Virus record (IMG/VR): IMGVR_UViG_3300042509_001296
Origin: an uncultured virus (IMG/VR IMGVR_UViG_3300042509_001296)
Lineage: Duplodnaviria; Heunggongvirae; Uroviricota; Caudoviricetes
DNA length: 64,000 nucleotides
Direction: 5' to 3' (one strand)
Shown: piece by piece, positions 53,869-63,316 of the stretch
Layout of the letters: each line of letters opens with the position of its first letter
Numbering within the stretch: position 1 is the stretch's first letter
Position numbers and translations under genes: made by a program
The notes under the pieces: generated by a model
What the model was told of the DNA's origin: nothing
What the model saw: only the letters and a program-made list of their open reading frames with translations
The model's database searches: none

Positions 53869-54251
53869 CTGGTCCTCCTTTTAGTTCTGAGGCCCGCCAC
53901 CCCACCGTCGCCATTCGGAGCCCCGATAGCCGCCGGAGGAGAGCGGCGTCGGGAATGGGCGGCAGGGGGCGGGCTGCACAGGTAGTCGATAGCCCTGTGA
54001 AGAAGTTCTGGGTTGTCTTTGAAGTTCCCTAGGCCTTTGTTACAGCACTGGCACAGAAGGCCCCTTATGGCCCCCGTTTGGTGGCAGTGGTCTACGCAGG
54101 CGGCATTCGACTTGTTGCATATTTTGCATTTGCCACACTGCTCCTCCGTCATCCGGCGGTACTGCTCTTCGGTCATGCGATAGCGGAGCCGGAGGTTTGC
54201 ATACCTCTTGGTGGCCCTCTGCCTTTCGAGCATGGCGTTAAGCACAATCAC
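53865..54251 (-). CDS. Endonuclease VII-family HNH nuclease
   Basis: Y.MT.EQY...CKIC...VDHCH.TG.IRGLLC..CN.GLG.FKDNP.LL.RAIDYL. Confidence 0.88.
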   Translation of the reverse strand: MIVLNAMLERQRATKRYANLRLRYRMTEEQYRRMTEEQCGKCKICNKSNAACVDHCHQTGAIRGLLCQCCNKGLGNFKDNPELLHRAIDYLCSPPPAAHSRRRSPPAAIGAPNGDGGVAGLRTKRRTR

Positions 54252-56365
54252 GCAGGCGATAACTCCGGCGGGATTTGCGGAGGTGGCCCACTAGGAGGTG
54301 CTTGTTCTTCTGGCGGCGGGCTGCCCTCTGGCGGCGGCCCACCGCTCACTTGTTCTGGTCCCGGCATTGGTGGCGGGGGCGGGGGCGGCTGGATCATGAA
54401 GGGGCCATACTCGATGTCGAGCGACTTGCACCACGCCTGAAGCAGGGCATTGAGTGGCTGGACCTGACCCGTGGACGCGACTTGCTGGAGGATGGGGCCC
54501 AGTGTCTGGACGGCCATCTGCATACGCTCGACCTCAGAAGCCTTGTTGGGCTTGCGGGCGGAACCGGCCTCGATCCGGTAGTCGTACTCTCGGGCGAGCG
54601 AGTTGATGTCAATGGCCTGAACCATGGACTGCCAGACCTCGGCACCAAGGGGTCCAAGGATGGGGGCAACGTCTTCCTTCTGAAGGAGCCACCGTGCGGC
54701 CAAGGCTTCCTTCCTAGCCAACATCCCCATGGCATCTTCCAAGGCGTTGGCCATGTCATCAGGTCTTACCGAGATTTGCTCCGATTTGACCTGTGCTTCA
54801 GCCGCCGACCTGAACTGATTGCGAGTCATCCCATAGACCAACTCCGTGAGTCCGACCCGCTTGTCGAACATATCCATCACGGCCTGCATGATCTGCCATA
54901 AGTCAGGCGTGACCTGAGGGAGTTGGAAGACAGAGATCACATCATTGACGCTGCGGCCGAGGGTCTCGGACAACTCAATGAGGGAGAACCCGTTCTCTTC
55001 GTGCTTGAGAACTTGGTCCTTGATGTCATCCCCTGAAGCCTTGGCGACTCCGATCATGGTCTTGGAGGACACCATGATGCGGGTGGCAAGGAAGGACAGG
55101 GCCCAGTTCAGGAACTTGAGTTCGCTCAGACCGGGCTTCAGGTGGCTAATGGGCCAGACGTACCCCGGCTTGCGGTGGAACTGAAGGGGAGTCCAAGGCC
55201 AGCAGGCAACGTCCGAGTAGAACGGGATCGGCCACCGGGTCTGGGTGAACAGGGTGGGCGGCAGGCCTGATTCGTCTGGCGGCTCAAGGGCAATCTCCTT
55301 AGAGCAGTTCAGGGGGTAATCAACTCCCTCTGCGACCACGACATAGCAGTTCTGGCCGAGGGAATCGAACATCCCTTGGAACTCTTGGGGGGCACCCTTG
55401 AGGTTGTGGCCGAACCCCGTCTTGCTCCAAATCTTCCAGTAGACGATCAGGTCGTTGGTCTTGCCGTTCCGCTTCTTGGACTTGTAGTCCCGGTCTTCTT
55501 CTTGGGAGCGGGCGACGTAACTCTCTAGGTGGCCCTTAAGGTCTTCCTTGTTCAGACCGTACTGGCGAGCGACTTCGTCAATCGGGTGAATACAGCGGCG
55601 GGCACACCACAGGATGTCTTCCTGTTCGTCGGCGTCCGGGTCGAGGACAAGGTTGTCCACCGAGTCAGCGAATGAGCCGACAATGCCGAACGTCTGGCCG
55701 GGTTCTGCCGAGGGGAGTTCCATCAACTCCGTCCACCACACCCCCATGCCCTTGATGATGCTCTCGTCTACTACCCTGCGGGAATGCTCCTTCAGGTTTA
55801 GTTCGACGGGCGTGTAGTTTAAGTAGGCTTCCATCAGCCCAGAGACCGCCGCCCTCATCTCCTCGATGTTGCCGACCTGCTGGGAGAGTTGGATGAAGGC
55901 TTGGATGCGGGGGTCCTGCATCGGCTGCCCGGTCATTGGGTCGATCTGCGGCGGGGCCGATGGATCAATCCCGAGAGCCACGGGGGTAATGACAGGGAAC
56001 TTCCGGGGAGTCACCGTCCGCACTGGATTGCGGGCATAGATGACTGACCCGAACAACTTCACGGCCTCGAAAGCCTTGTTGACGGTCATCCTGAAGGACG
56101 GGGGCCCGATCTTGGCGTAGTCCCTGCCGTCAGCCCCAGCCTTCTTCCAGAACCAATCCCCGTGCCCATCGAAGAAGTTCATGCACTCCTTGGCGTCCTC
56201 CCTGAACGGGCGGGCGTGTTTCTCGGCCTGCTTGATCTTGGATAGCCAAGAGGTAGCAACCGAACGGAGGGCATCCTCCATCTTCTTTTGGTCGATGGTG
56301 TCCTCGGGTAGCGGGGGCAGGCCGCCCTCGGAGCCCTCTGACGGGAGTTCTGCTAGTTCGTCCAT
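54248..56365 (-). CDS. Portal protein
   Basis: 705 aa next to terminase; RSAAEAQ, YDYRIEAGS; Pro-rich tail. Confidence 0.8.
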   Translation of the reverse strand: MDELAELPSEGSEGGLPPLPEDTIDQKKMEDALRSVATSWLSKIKQAEKHARPFREDAKECMNFFDGHGDWFWKKAGADGRDYAKIGPPSFRMTVNKAFEAVKLFGSVIYARNPVRTVTPRKFPVITPVALGIDPSAPPQIDPMTGQPMQDPRIQAFIQLSQQVGNIEEMRAAVSGLMEAYLNYTPVELNLKEHSRRVVDESIIKGMGVWWTELMELPSAEPGQTFGIVGSFADSVDNLVLDPDADEQEDILWCARRCIHPIDEVARQYGLNKEDLKGHLESYVARSQEEDRDYKSKKRNGKTNDLIVYWKIWSKTGFGHNLKGAPQEFQGMFDSLGQNCYVVVAEGVDYPLNCSKEIALEPPDESGLPPTLFTQTRWPIPFYSDVACWPWTPLQFHRKPGYVWPISHLKPGLSELKFLNWALSFLATRIMVSSKTMIGVAKASGDDIKDQVLKHEENGFSLIELSETLGRSVNDVISVFQLPQVTPDLWQIMQAVMDMFDKRVGLTELVYGMTRNQFRSAAEAQVKSEQISVRPDDMANALEDAMGMLARKEALAARWLLQKEDVAPILGPLGAEVWQSMVQAIDINSLAREYDYRIEAGSARKPNKASEVERMQMAVQTLGPILQQVASTGQVQPLNALLQAWCKSLDIEYGPFMIQPPPPPPPMPGPEQVSGGPPPEGSPPPEEQAPPSGPPPQIPPELSPA

Positions 56366-56371
56366 GCAGGT

Positions 56372-56380
56372 TTTATGTCC
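56372..56380 (-). promoter_or_regulatory. Putative late promoter GGACATAAA
   Basis: 6 nt upstream of the portal ATG; no RBS. Confidence 0.55.
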
Positions 56381-56391
56381 GTGTCGGGTGA

Positions 56392-56715
56392 CTAACGGGC
56401 ATATCGCTTGCAGGCAAACCAGCGGCCACGGGAATCCTGAGCCACGCCCTGATCCGCCACCCTCATCCCTGACCGGGAATAGCAGCAGTTATTCAGGGCC
56501 TGCTCTGGGGTGCTACCCATGCCTACACCTTCATAGGAGTGGGGATTTCCGCCCGGGTGGAAGAGTCGGCCCGAGGAGGCCAGCAGGCTGGCAACCCCCT
56601 GAGCCGTAGCGGTGGCCGCCTTCTGTACGGGTCGGCACTGGCCATTGGCACAGTTCTGGCCATACGCAAGGCAGGGAGTCACGAACATGGCGAGAGTAAG
56701 GGCAAACTTACGCAT
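56392..56715 (-). CDS. Secreted Cys-rich, degenerate CAP-like protein
   Basis: Signal peptide, CANGQC, H.GG...EGVG, CCY, WFACKRY. Confidence 0.65.
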   Translation of the reverse strand: MRKFALTLAMFVTPCLAYGQNCANGQCRPVQKAATATAQGVASLLASSGRLFHPGGNPHSYEGVGMGSTPEQALNNCCYSRSGMRVADQGVAQDSRGRWFACKRYAR

Positions 56716-56717
56716 GG

Positions 56718-57050
56718 TCAGGACTCCTTCTTCTTGGCGGATTCGATCTTGGCCTTGGTGACGAGGGTCTTCAGTTCCTTCAAAAGTTCCGTACTGGGGT
56801 GGGCGGAATAGGCACCCCACTTACCCCATGCGGCTGCTGACTCGTTCTCTTTCCAGAACGGGTCATGGATGTGGCGAACTGAGGGCTTCTCAACAAAGCC
56901 AGCCTCGTCCGCGTACACAAGAATCGTGATGGTCGTGGAACCCGGCTTCCGAGTAACCCAGCCCATTGCAGGGTCTTGGGGCGAGAAGGGGTTCGAGTAC
57001 CAAAGGACCATGTCGCCTACGGACAGGTCGGGTGCCTTGAAGTCTGGCAT
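56718..57050 (-). CDS. Hypothetical protein
   Basis: GGAGG RBS, ATG 57050. Confidence 0.7.
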   Translation of the reverse strand: MPDFKAPDLSVGDMVLWYSNPFSPQDPAMGWVTRKPGSTTITILVYADEAGFVEKPSVRHIHDPFWKENESAAAWGKWGAYSAHPSTELLKELKTLVTKAKIESAKKKES

Positions 57051-57139
57051 TTCTTCCTCCAAAGAGTGCAGAACAAGTGGGGGCTCAACCCACGGACGCA
57101 ATCTTCAGGAGGGACTTACTAGAGATCAACGGGCATTCG

Positions 57140-58837
57140 TCAGGCGATCCAAGTCTCTGAGTACGAGTTAGGGGCCAAGTAAACTACCCCTGAGTTGCCT
57201 TGCTTCTTCTTCCTGTCCGCTGACCATTTGACGTACCACGGGTCCTCGATGTGCTGCTCGGGCTTGTGGTAAGCCGGGTCATAGGCACAGAGGTATCGCA
57301 GGCAGTCCACTAAGTGGAAGTCACCGCGCTTGTTGGGCTCATCGGTCACCACCGAGGTCCCGGCAACATAGGTAACTTTCTTCTTGTACCGCTTCATTTC
57401 CCGCTCAAGGTTGGGCATGGTGTGCCGCAGATACCGGAGTCTGGCGGTGCCGTCCGGGCGGATGTGCATCATGTTCCGCACGGTTTGCAGGCCAGCCAGA
57501 ACGTCATCTGAGCCGGGAATGAAACTATGTCCGGTGACTTTGGACCGGATATTCAGGGCGGCCAACTGCTCCGTGTACTGCTCCTGCGGGCTGCGGCCTG
57601 AGCCAATGTCGGTCAAGCGGGCACCGTGGGCGTCAATCAAGAAGGCGTGGAACTGATGTCCCGTGACCTTCTTCTTGAACTCTTGGCCAAAGACGATGGC
57701 ATTGCAGTTGCGGATATAGAGTTCGTCGTAGAGAAGGATCATCTTTTCGTCGGGCGGAACTGCCGCAAACAGGATGGCAGTGACGGCGTGGCCCGGGTCA
57801 ATCACGGCGTACTTGCACCAATCGTCTGGGATTTGCCCATTGGGTAGGCCTTCCCTGAGAAACCCGTGGATACTGGGGTTCCAGTTGGGGTAGACCAGAA
57901 TGCTGTCCGTGATGAACTCACCCTCGGACCTCTGCCGGAGTACGTCATCCCCGATAGCCGACCAACGCTCGATGGCCTTACGTTTCTCGTCTTGGTCGAT
58001 GTGCGGGTTATCTAAAAACCTGAGGGCGAATCTCCTGATGTCCTTGGTGTTGCCTTGCTCCTCGGCCTTCTCCGCTCGCTCATTGAGTCCGATCAAGGCT
58101 TCGTTCTTAGAATGGGGCATGGCTGACCAGTTGAATAAGCCCTTACGGTCAGCAAGGCGTGCCTGCATCTCCGGCACCCACGACTCATTGTTTAGGTCTT
58201 CGTCTATATGGACCCTATCCGCCTGAAAGCCTTGGGGTGGATCGCCCTCCGATGAGAAACAGTAAATGGTCCACCCATTGGTCAACTCACAGGAGTTCAG
58301 GTAGCCCGCCGACTTCAGCACCCACGAGAAACTCTTGATGAGTCTGGGCGGAATCAGGGGCGGGGCAGGCTTGGCTTCCTTCAGCCGCTCGGCATCCGCC
58401 ACCGGGTCGAATGCCCTGAACTGGCCCGTCTTCTCGTCCCTGATGATCTTGAATGCCCCTGCACGAAACAGGTAGGGCACCACGACCAGACCGATGTGCT
58501 TCCAGTTCTGGCCGATGATGACGAGATTCCCTCCCTCTTTTCTGTACTTGCCTTCTACGGGATGGGTGCCAGTTGCGGCCCATGCGTCTTCTATGAAGGT
58601 ACAGAGGGACTTGCCTGAACGATTACCCCCGATGACCAGCGTCTCGCTCGCTAGGCACTCATGGAACTCCTTCTGCTTCGGAGTCGGCCTGTATAGCCTT
58701 AAGGCTTCGATCCGCCTCGCGTTCAACTCGGACTGCAAAGTCCTCAGTTCGTCCCGCTGGAACTCCGAGATGCTCTGAACTGTCGGTAATGCCGGGGGTG
58801 GCTGAATGGGGATTGGGTGCTTCTTGCGCTTGGGCAT
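57140..58837 (-). CDS. terL: Terminase large subunit
   Basis: Q..FH, GGNRSGKS, HIDED, DNPHI, IDPG, DFHLVDCLRY. Confidence 0.92.
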   Translation of the reverse strand: MPKRKKHPIPIQPPPALPTVQSISEFQRDELRTLQSELNARRIEALRLYRPTPKQKEFHECLASETLVIGGNRSGKSLCTFIEDAWAATGTHPVEGKYRKEGGNLVIIGQNWKHIGLVVVPYLFRAGAFKIIRDEKTGQFRAFDPVADAERLKEAKPAPPLIPPRLIKSFSWVLKSAGYLNSCELTNGWTIYCFSSEGDPPQGFQADRVHIDEDLNNESWVPEMQARLADRKGLFNWSAMPHSKNEALIGLNERAEKAEEQGNTKDIRRFALRFLDNPHIDQDEKRKAIERWSAIGDDVLRQRSEGEFITDSILVYPNWNPSIHGFLREGLPNGQIPDDWCKYAVIDPGHAVTAILFAAVPPDEKMILLYDELYIRNCNAIVFGQEFKKKVTGHQFHAFLIDAHGARLTDIGSGRSPQEQYTEQLAALNIRSKVTGHSFIPGSDDVLAGLQTVRNMMHIRPDGTARLRYLRHTMPNLEREMKRYKKKVTYVAGTSVVTDEPNKRGDFHLVDCLRYLCAYDPAYHKPEQHIEDPWYVKWSADRKKKQGNSGVVYLAPNSYSETWIA

Positions 58838-59321
58838 CTATGTACCGGACCTTCCCGTAGGTAACGACAGCCTGCTTGAGCCGCTTGTCGATCTCGTTCT
58901 CCAACTCCTCCTCGGAGTACAGGTCAATGGGCTTCTTGGCCCCGCCCTGCTCGGTGTTCTTAGAGGCCAGACGAACGACCATCTCTAGGATCGAGTTCCT
59001 CATCCGGCTGCCGGGAGGTGACTCGAAATACTGCTTCATCAGCAGGCCGGAGAAGCCATTGGCCCCTCCGAAGTAGTTCATGATGGACTCAAGCAGTTCT
59101 GCCGTATGGGGGATGTTGGACCCACCCCGCAGGACTGACTTAGAGAACTTGTCGAGTGCGTCGTTCTCCATCTTGACCAGAGAAGCCTTACGCTTCTTGG
59201 CCTTCTTGCACTTCAGACAGATGTTCTGATAGGAGGTCGTACACCCCAGTTGCCTAGGGAAATACTTTTGGTTCAGGGCCTTAGTCTCTCGGCATTCCTC
59301 GCACTGCCGATAGTCTTCCAT
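58659..59321 (-). CDS. Probable terminase small subunit with N-terminal zinc finger
   Basis: CEEC...CLKC; directly upstream of and overlapping terL. Confidence 0.5.
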   Translation of the reverse strand: MEDYRQCEECRETKALNQKYFPRQLGCTTSYQNICLKCKKAKKRKASLVKMENDALDKFSKSVLRGGSNIPHTAELLESIMNYFGGANGFSGLLMKQYFESPPGSRMRNSILEMVVRLASKNTEQGGAKKPIDLYSEEELENEIDKRLKQAVVTYGKVRYIDAQAQEAPNPHSATPGITDSSEHLGVPAGRTEDFAVRVEREADRSLKAIQADSEAEGVP

Positions 59322-59322
59322 G

Positions 59323-59616
59323 TCACTGCCTATCCAACTGGAGTACGGATGCAATCATGGGAGAGACGCTGCCTTCAGTGCCGTTCTCTCGGGCCTTCTG
59401 CATAAGGTCCCTGATGTACTCGCCCTTGGCCTGCTTCATCAGCACAGAGGCCATAGAGGGGCCATTGAGGTAGTCCTCGATAGAGCCACCAACGTCTTCA
59501 GCCGACAGATTGCTCTGCTGGCCGGTAGCCATAAACCGGAGACGCTGAAGGTCTGCGGGGCTGAGTTGGTGCTGCTGCTGGCCCGCTAAGGCCCGAATCC
59601 GACCGCTCATATCCAA
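59323..59616 (-). CDS. Hypothetical protein
   Basis: About 97 aa, AGGAG RBS. Confidence 0.55.
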   Translation of the reverse strand: MDMSGRIRALAGQQQHQLSPADLQRLRFMATGQQSNLSAEDVGGSIEDYLNGPSMASVLMKQAKGEYIRDLMQKARENGTEGSVSPMIASVLQLDRQ

Positions 59617-59660
59617 GGCTCCTCTTCAGGTATAGAAAATCGGCCCCAGAAGGCAGCCGG

Positions 59661-60383
59661 TCAACGGGCATTCGGCCCTTCTTCGTCTATAGAACGCAGG
59701 GTGTCATACAGCCACCAGACCAACTCCATGATTCGGTAGGCACAGAAGCCACCGACCAAAAGCAGGAGTGGGATCAGGTATCCGGGTTCTGGCACTGCCA
59801 CGGGGGTGAGTGCAGCCGCCCCGAACGACATCTGGCCTTGGGCACTGGTGAAGTTCCCACGACCGACCATGCTCACCGTAAGGTCTTCGGTAAGTCCGCT
59901 GGAAGTAAAGGAAACGATGTAGTTCTGATATGGAGAAAGGCTCACCGTAGTCCCTGACCCCGAGAGTTCAGAGGCGGTGATTTCTGCCGAGACAGGTCCA
60001 TTGGTCATAAGCCAAAGGTCAAGGCGGTTCCCATTGGCGTACTGATAGGGCACGGTCAAGGTAAAGCCCTTACCCTCGGCACTGGTGGTGACGTAGGAGA
60101 GCCCGCCAACGTAGTACCCGTTCCCCGTGTTGAAGATTGCCACGCCGGGATCACGAGCCAGTGGCGTAGCCGGTGCCGAGGCCGTCAGCGAGTAGTTGAT
60201 CCGGCCCGCCCCGCTGGTGACGTTGGCTTGCAGGGTGCCTGCGTTCCAGACACCCCAATCTTCGTACTCACTCAGCCGCTGCCGAATCTCTGAGTTGAAC
60301 GTCTGGGCAGTGCCAGTGATCGTCCCGGCGTCCGCGATTTGCGAACCAAGGACAAGGAGCAGGGAAAGGGTCAGGGTCTTCAT
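59661..60383 (-). CDS. Secreted protein with PEP-CTERM-like sorting signal
   Basis: Signal peptide MKTLTLSLLLVLGSQIADA; Thr/Gly/Ser-rich beta body; AVPEP followed by hydrophobic helix. Confidence 0.75.
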   Translation of the reverse strand: MKTLTLSLLLVLGSQIADAGTITGTAQTFNSEIRQRLSEYEDWGVWNAGTLQANVTSGAGRINYSLTASAPATPLARDPGVAIFNTGNGYYVGGLSYVTTSAEGKGFTLTVPYQYANGNRLDLWLMTNGPVSAEITASELSGSGTTVSLSPYQNYIVSFTSSGLTEDLTVSMVGRGNFTSAQGQMSFGAAALTPVAVPEPGYLIPLLLLVGGFCAYRIMELVWWLYDTLRSIDEEGPNAR

Positions 60384-60498
60384 TGGAGCGTTCCTTGGGA
60401 GGTAAACCACGGCGGGGGGGAGGGGCCATGCAACCCGCTCCCCCCCGCAAATCTCCCTCCGTTGCTGACCCGCTCCGTAGGCCAACAGCAGTGGAGGA

Positions 60499-60843
60499 TT
60501 ACTCAGCGAAGGCGGCCTTGACTACCTCTTCACGGGCCTGCTGGCCAGCAGCATCGCTGGCCTTGGAGGCGTGACGGGCAGCCTTGCGACCCTCACGGGC
60601 AGCAACAATGGTCGCCTTCTTCTCCTTCCGGGCGTTCTTTCGGACGAGGTGGCCACTGGCCGGGGGTGCGATGACAGACGAGTCCTCGACCACATCGACC
60701 TCGACCTCGGTGGTGCCGGGGACGGTCTTGACGGTGACATCCACCTCTTCCTGCACGACAGGGGTCTTGGCCGTGCCATGGCACGAACCAGCGTAGGCGT
60801 AAGCAGGGAAGGCGAAGGCGAGGGCGAGGGCAAACTTCTTCAT
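60499..60843 (-). CDS. Secreted hypothetical protein
   Basis: MKKFALALAFAFPAYAYA-GSCHG; GGAG RBS. Confidence 0.7.
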   Translation of the reverse strand: MKKFALALAFAFPAYAYAGSCHGTAKTPVVQEEVDVTVKTVPGTTEVEVDVVEDSSVIAPPASGHLVRKNARKEKKATIVAAREGRKAARHASKASDAAGQQAREEVVKAAFAE

Positions 60844-60862
60844 GGCGGGAATCTCCAAGGGG

Positions 60863-61315
60863 TTACTCAAACACTTGCGTCCAATAGATAGACCGACCGT
60901 TATCGACCGACCCAACACCTATCTGCGTGTATCGGGAGTTCAGGATGTTCCTTCGATGTCCGGGCGAGTTCATCCAAGCAGTCATTACTTCTTGGGGCGT
61001 CCTTTGCCCATAGGCCACGTTTTCGCCATGGCCCATCTTGGAGTGGAACATCCTGCCTCTACTGGCTTGGACACCACTCCATGCTCTAGCGTCACTCATC
61101 AGGGCTGGCACTACATCTAACGGACGAAGGCCCCTAGAGGTTCGCTGGAGGTTGGTAAGTCGGATCACCTCTCTCTCGTAAGGGCTTAAGGGGTACTTGG
61201 TTGACCGCTTGGCTGGTGTTGGTGTCGGTGGTGGCTCGGGAGGCTTGGGCTGACCTATCAGCATCAGGCCTGCGGCGAGCAGGAGGAGGGCGGCAACTAC
61301 GCGGAGCCTGCTCAT
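60863..61315 (-). CDS. CAP (SCP/YkwD-like) domain protein, exported
   Basis: N..R..RGL.PL, H, GENVA, WMNSPGHRRNIL, IGVG. Confidence 0.9.
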   Translation of the reverse strand: MSRLRVVAALLLLAAGLMLIGQPKPPEPPPTPTPAKRSTKYPLSPYEREVIRLTNLQRTSRGLRPLDVVPALMSDARAWSGVQASRGRMFHSKMGHGENVAYGQRTPQEVMTAWMNSPGHRRNILNSRYTQIGVGSVDNGRSIYWTQVFE

Positions 61316-61333
61316 GGCCGGTGATCCCGGTTC

Positions 61334-61609
61334 CTAGAACAGGGGCTTCTTTGGTGCGGCGACCTCGGGCTGTTCGTCACAGATCAGGGCAATCACTGTG
61401 TCACGGCACAACTTGGATGCTGCCGAATGCCCCTGAGTGTCAAGGCTTTCCTTGAGAGTCAGGAGCCGGGTGACTGCCTTCTTCTGGTAGGCCCCCTTGG
61501 CACTCGTGGGGTTGATCCACGAGGCCAAGAGGCCCCAGACGAACGGGGCTACTAGCAGGGCTACTGCCAGTGCCACGACTGCGATGACTGCAATGGAAGG
61601 AACTCCCAT
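61334..61609 (-). CDS. Membrane protein
   Basis: N-terminal hydrophobic helix. Confidence 0.65.
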   Translation of the reverse strand: MGVPSIAVIAVVALAVALLVAPFVWGLLASWINPTSAKGAYQKKAVTRLLTLKESLDTQGHSAASKLCRDTVIALICDEQPEVAAPKKPLF

Positions 61610-61623
61610 GAGCCACCTAAGGG

Positions 61624-62127
61624 TTAGTTCTTAGCCGAGTTGTAGTGGAGGCCCACCAGAACCCGGGTCAGTTCCGTATCGGCGTCGGTTTCGGCAAGGG
61701 CCATGCCAAGGCCTGCACCAGCGGCTGCTTCGCCACCAGCACCAACCGTGACCTCATCCCCAGCCGTGACAGTGCCAGCCTTGACCTTCGTCGGGCCAGT
61801 GACAACGCCATAGAAGACATCGTCAACCTTCACGCCCTCGGACGGGATGTACTCGTCCACCACGGCCACGATGGGGTCAGCAGCCGTAGCGAGGCCGGTA
61901 GCCTCTTCGAGGTTGCAGGCCACCAACTGGGTCGGGAGGAGGACAGCACCCGTCCGGTTACGGAGACAGACCACCCGGACTTCCCGGTTGGACAGGACCG
62001 TACCTTCGCGGGGATCGGCATCCGTGAAGACCTTCACAGCACCGATGACGTTGTTGCCGTCCTTGACCGACTTGACGCCAAGGGTCATGCCTCGGCCAAA
62101 CGGCGGATCAGAAGTCAGAACGCTCAT
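61624..62127 (-). CDS. Capsid decoration/cement-like protein
   Basis: Directly after major capsid; small beta-rich, GMALA motif. Confidence 0.6.
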   Translation of the reverse strand: MSVLTSDPPFGRGMTLGVKSVKDGNNVIGAVKVFTDADPREGTVLSNREVRVVCLRNRTGAVLLPTQLVACNLEEATGLATAADPIVAVVDEYIPSEGVKVDDVFYGVVTGPTKVKAGTVTAGDEVTVGAGGEAAAGAGLGMALAETDADTELTRVLVGLHYNSAKN

Positions 62128-62166
62128 GTCTGTACTTTCTCTCTTGGGTTGATGTTAGGGGATGGG

Positions 62167-63303
62167 TCAGGCAGGGGTGATGTTCTGCAACTTGAAGAAC
62201 GAGCGTGGGGACTTGAACTTCAGGTTGGCAAGGACACTCACTACATACCTATAGGACTGTAGGTCTTCGTTATAGAACGGGCCCTCCGCTGTCATCAGGC
62301 TCCCTTCCATGCACCGAAGTTCCATGTTCCCAATGGAGAGGCCATATCCACAGCCGCTTGGGACCGCGTACTCCGTCGTGACCTCCACGCCATCCTGCTC
62401 GAATACATCGGAGAAGCCATAAGACTTCAGACCATTGGTCCGAGTCACGATGGCCCGCTCCTTGGAGTCGAGTTTGTTGAGGTACTCGATGAACATCTTG
62501 CGATCCAGAACGACCGTGTCGATTTGGCTCTCGCGTGTATCATTCCGCTTGGCCTGATGGATACCCTCTCGGGTAGCGAGGACACAGTTATCCGCCCAAG
62601 TCTGGGTAGCCGTGCCGTCCGCAGCACCCTTGAAATAGGTGCTTCCGTAGTTCACGATGATCGGGCTATAGAAGTCATACTCGGGGTCACACACGCCGTT
62701 CGGCCATACGCCTTCCATCTGGGAGCCAGCCACAGCACCGAGGCCGGTGTTGATGTTGGCGTAGATGTCGGCCGGGAAACCAAACGGGTCTTCCTTGTTG
62801 GCCGTCCGCTTGGTGCCATCATTGATGTTGATGGTGCCGTCGATGGCCATCATGGACTCGATGCCGTGGAACCGGAGTTCGTTACCGGCCTTTCCACCGT
62901 CGATCCACACTTCCTTGGACAGATGCTGCTCCATCGACTCTTGGAGCCGTGACGCCATCTTGCCCGCTACATTGATGAGTGCCTGCTGACCTCGGTTCTC
63001 CAGCATCTCCTTCTTATAGATGCTGTCCGTTACCTGATAGCCACGGTACGGGAGTTCGGCATTGACCCACAGGTTCTGTCGTGCGAAGACACGCGGGGTC
63101 TCACCATTGTTTCCGGTTACAGGTTGATTCCTGTACCTTACTTCCCACTGAAGGCCACGCCCTCCCTGATTCATCACGACGTTACCCGAAGACTCAAGGA
63201 GCGAGAACACCTTGAACTTACGGAATGTGGTCAACTCCTCTTCTTTGAGGTAGTTGATAATGGTCGTGCCAATACTACGGGCCCAGTCAGTCGAAGAAGG
63301 CAT
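62167..63303 (-). CDS. Major capsid protein
   Basis: 378 aa after scaffold; size, position and HK97-like motif pattern. Confidence 0.8.
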   Translation of the reverse strand: MPSSTDWARSIGTTIINYLKEEELTTFRKFKVFSLLESSGNVVMNQGGRGLQWEVRYRNQPVTGNNGETPRVFARQNLWVNAELPYRGYQVTDSIYKKEMLENRGQQALINVAGKMASRLQESMEQHLSKEVWIDGGKAGNELRFHGIESMMAIDGTININDGTKRTANKEDPFGFPADIYANINTGLGAVAGSQMEGVWPNGVCDPEYDFYSPIIVNYGSTYFKGAADGTATQTWADNCVLATREGIHQAKRNDTRESQIDTVVLDRKMFIEYLNKLDSKERAIVTRTNGLKSYGFSDVFEQDGVEVTTEYAVPSGCGYGLSIGNMELRCMEGSLMTAEGPFYNEDLQSYRYVVSVLANLKFKSPRSFFKLQNITPA

Positions 63304-63316
63304 CTGCTCTATCCTT

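Noticed and set aside
4969..62952. Long antisense or shadow ORFs (e.g. 4969..5661, 7463..8383, 28554..29648, 30538..31530, 32547..33452, 42637..43461)
   Set aside because: Expected in GC-rich DNA opposite well-supported genes; no motifs.
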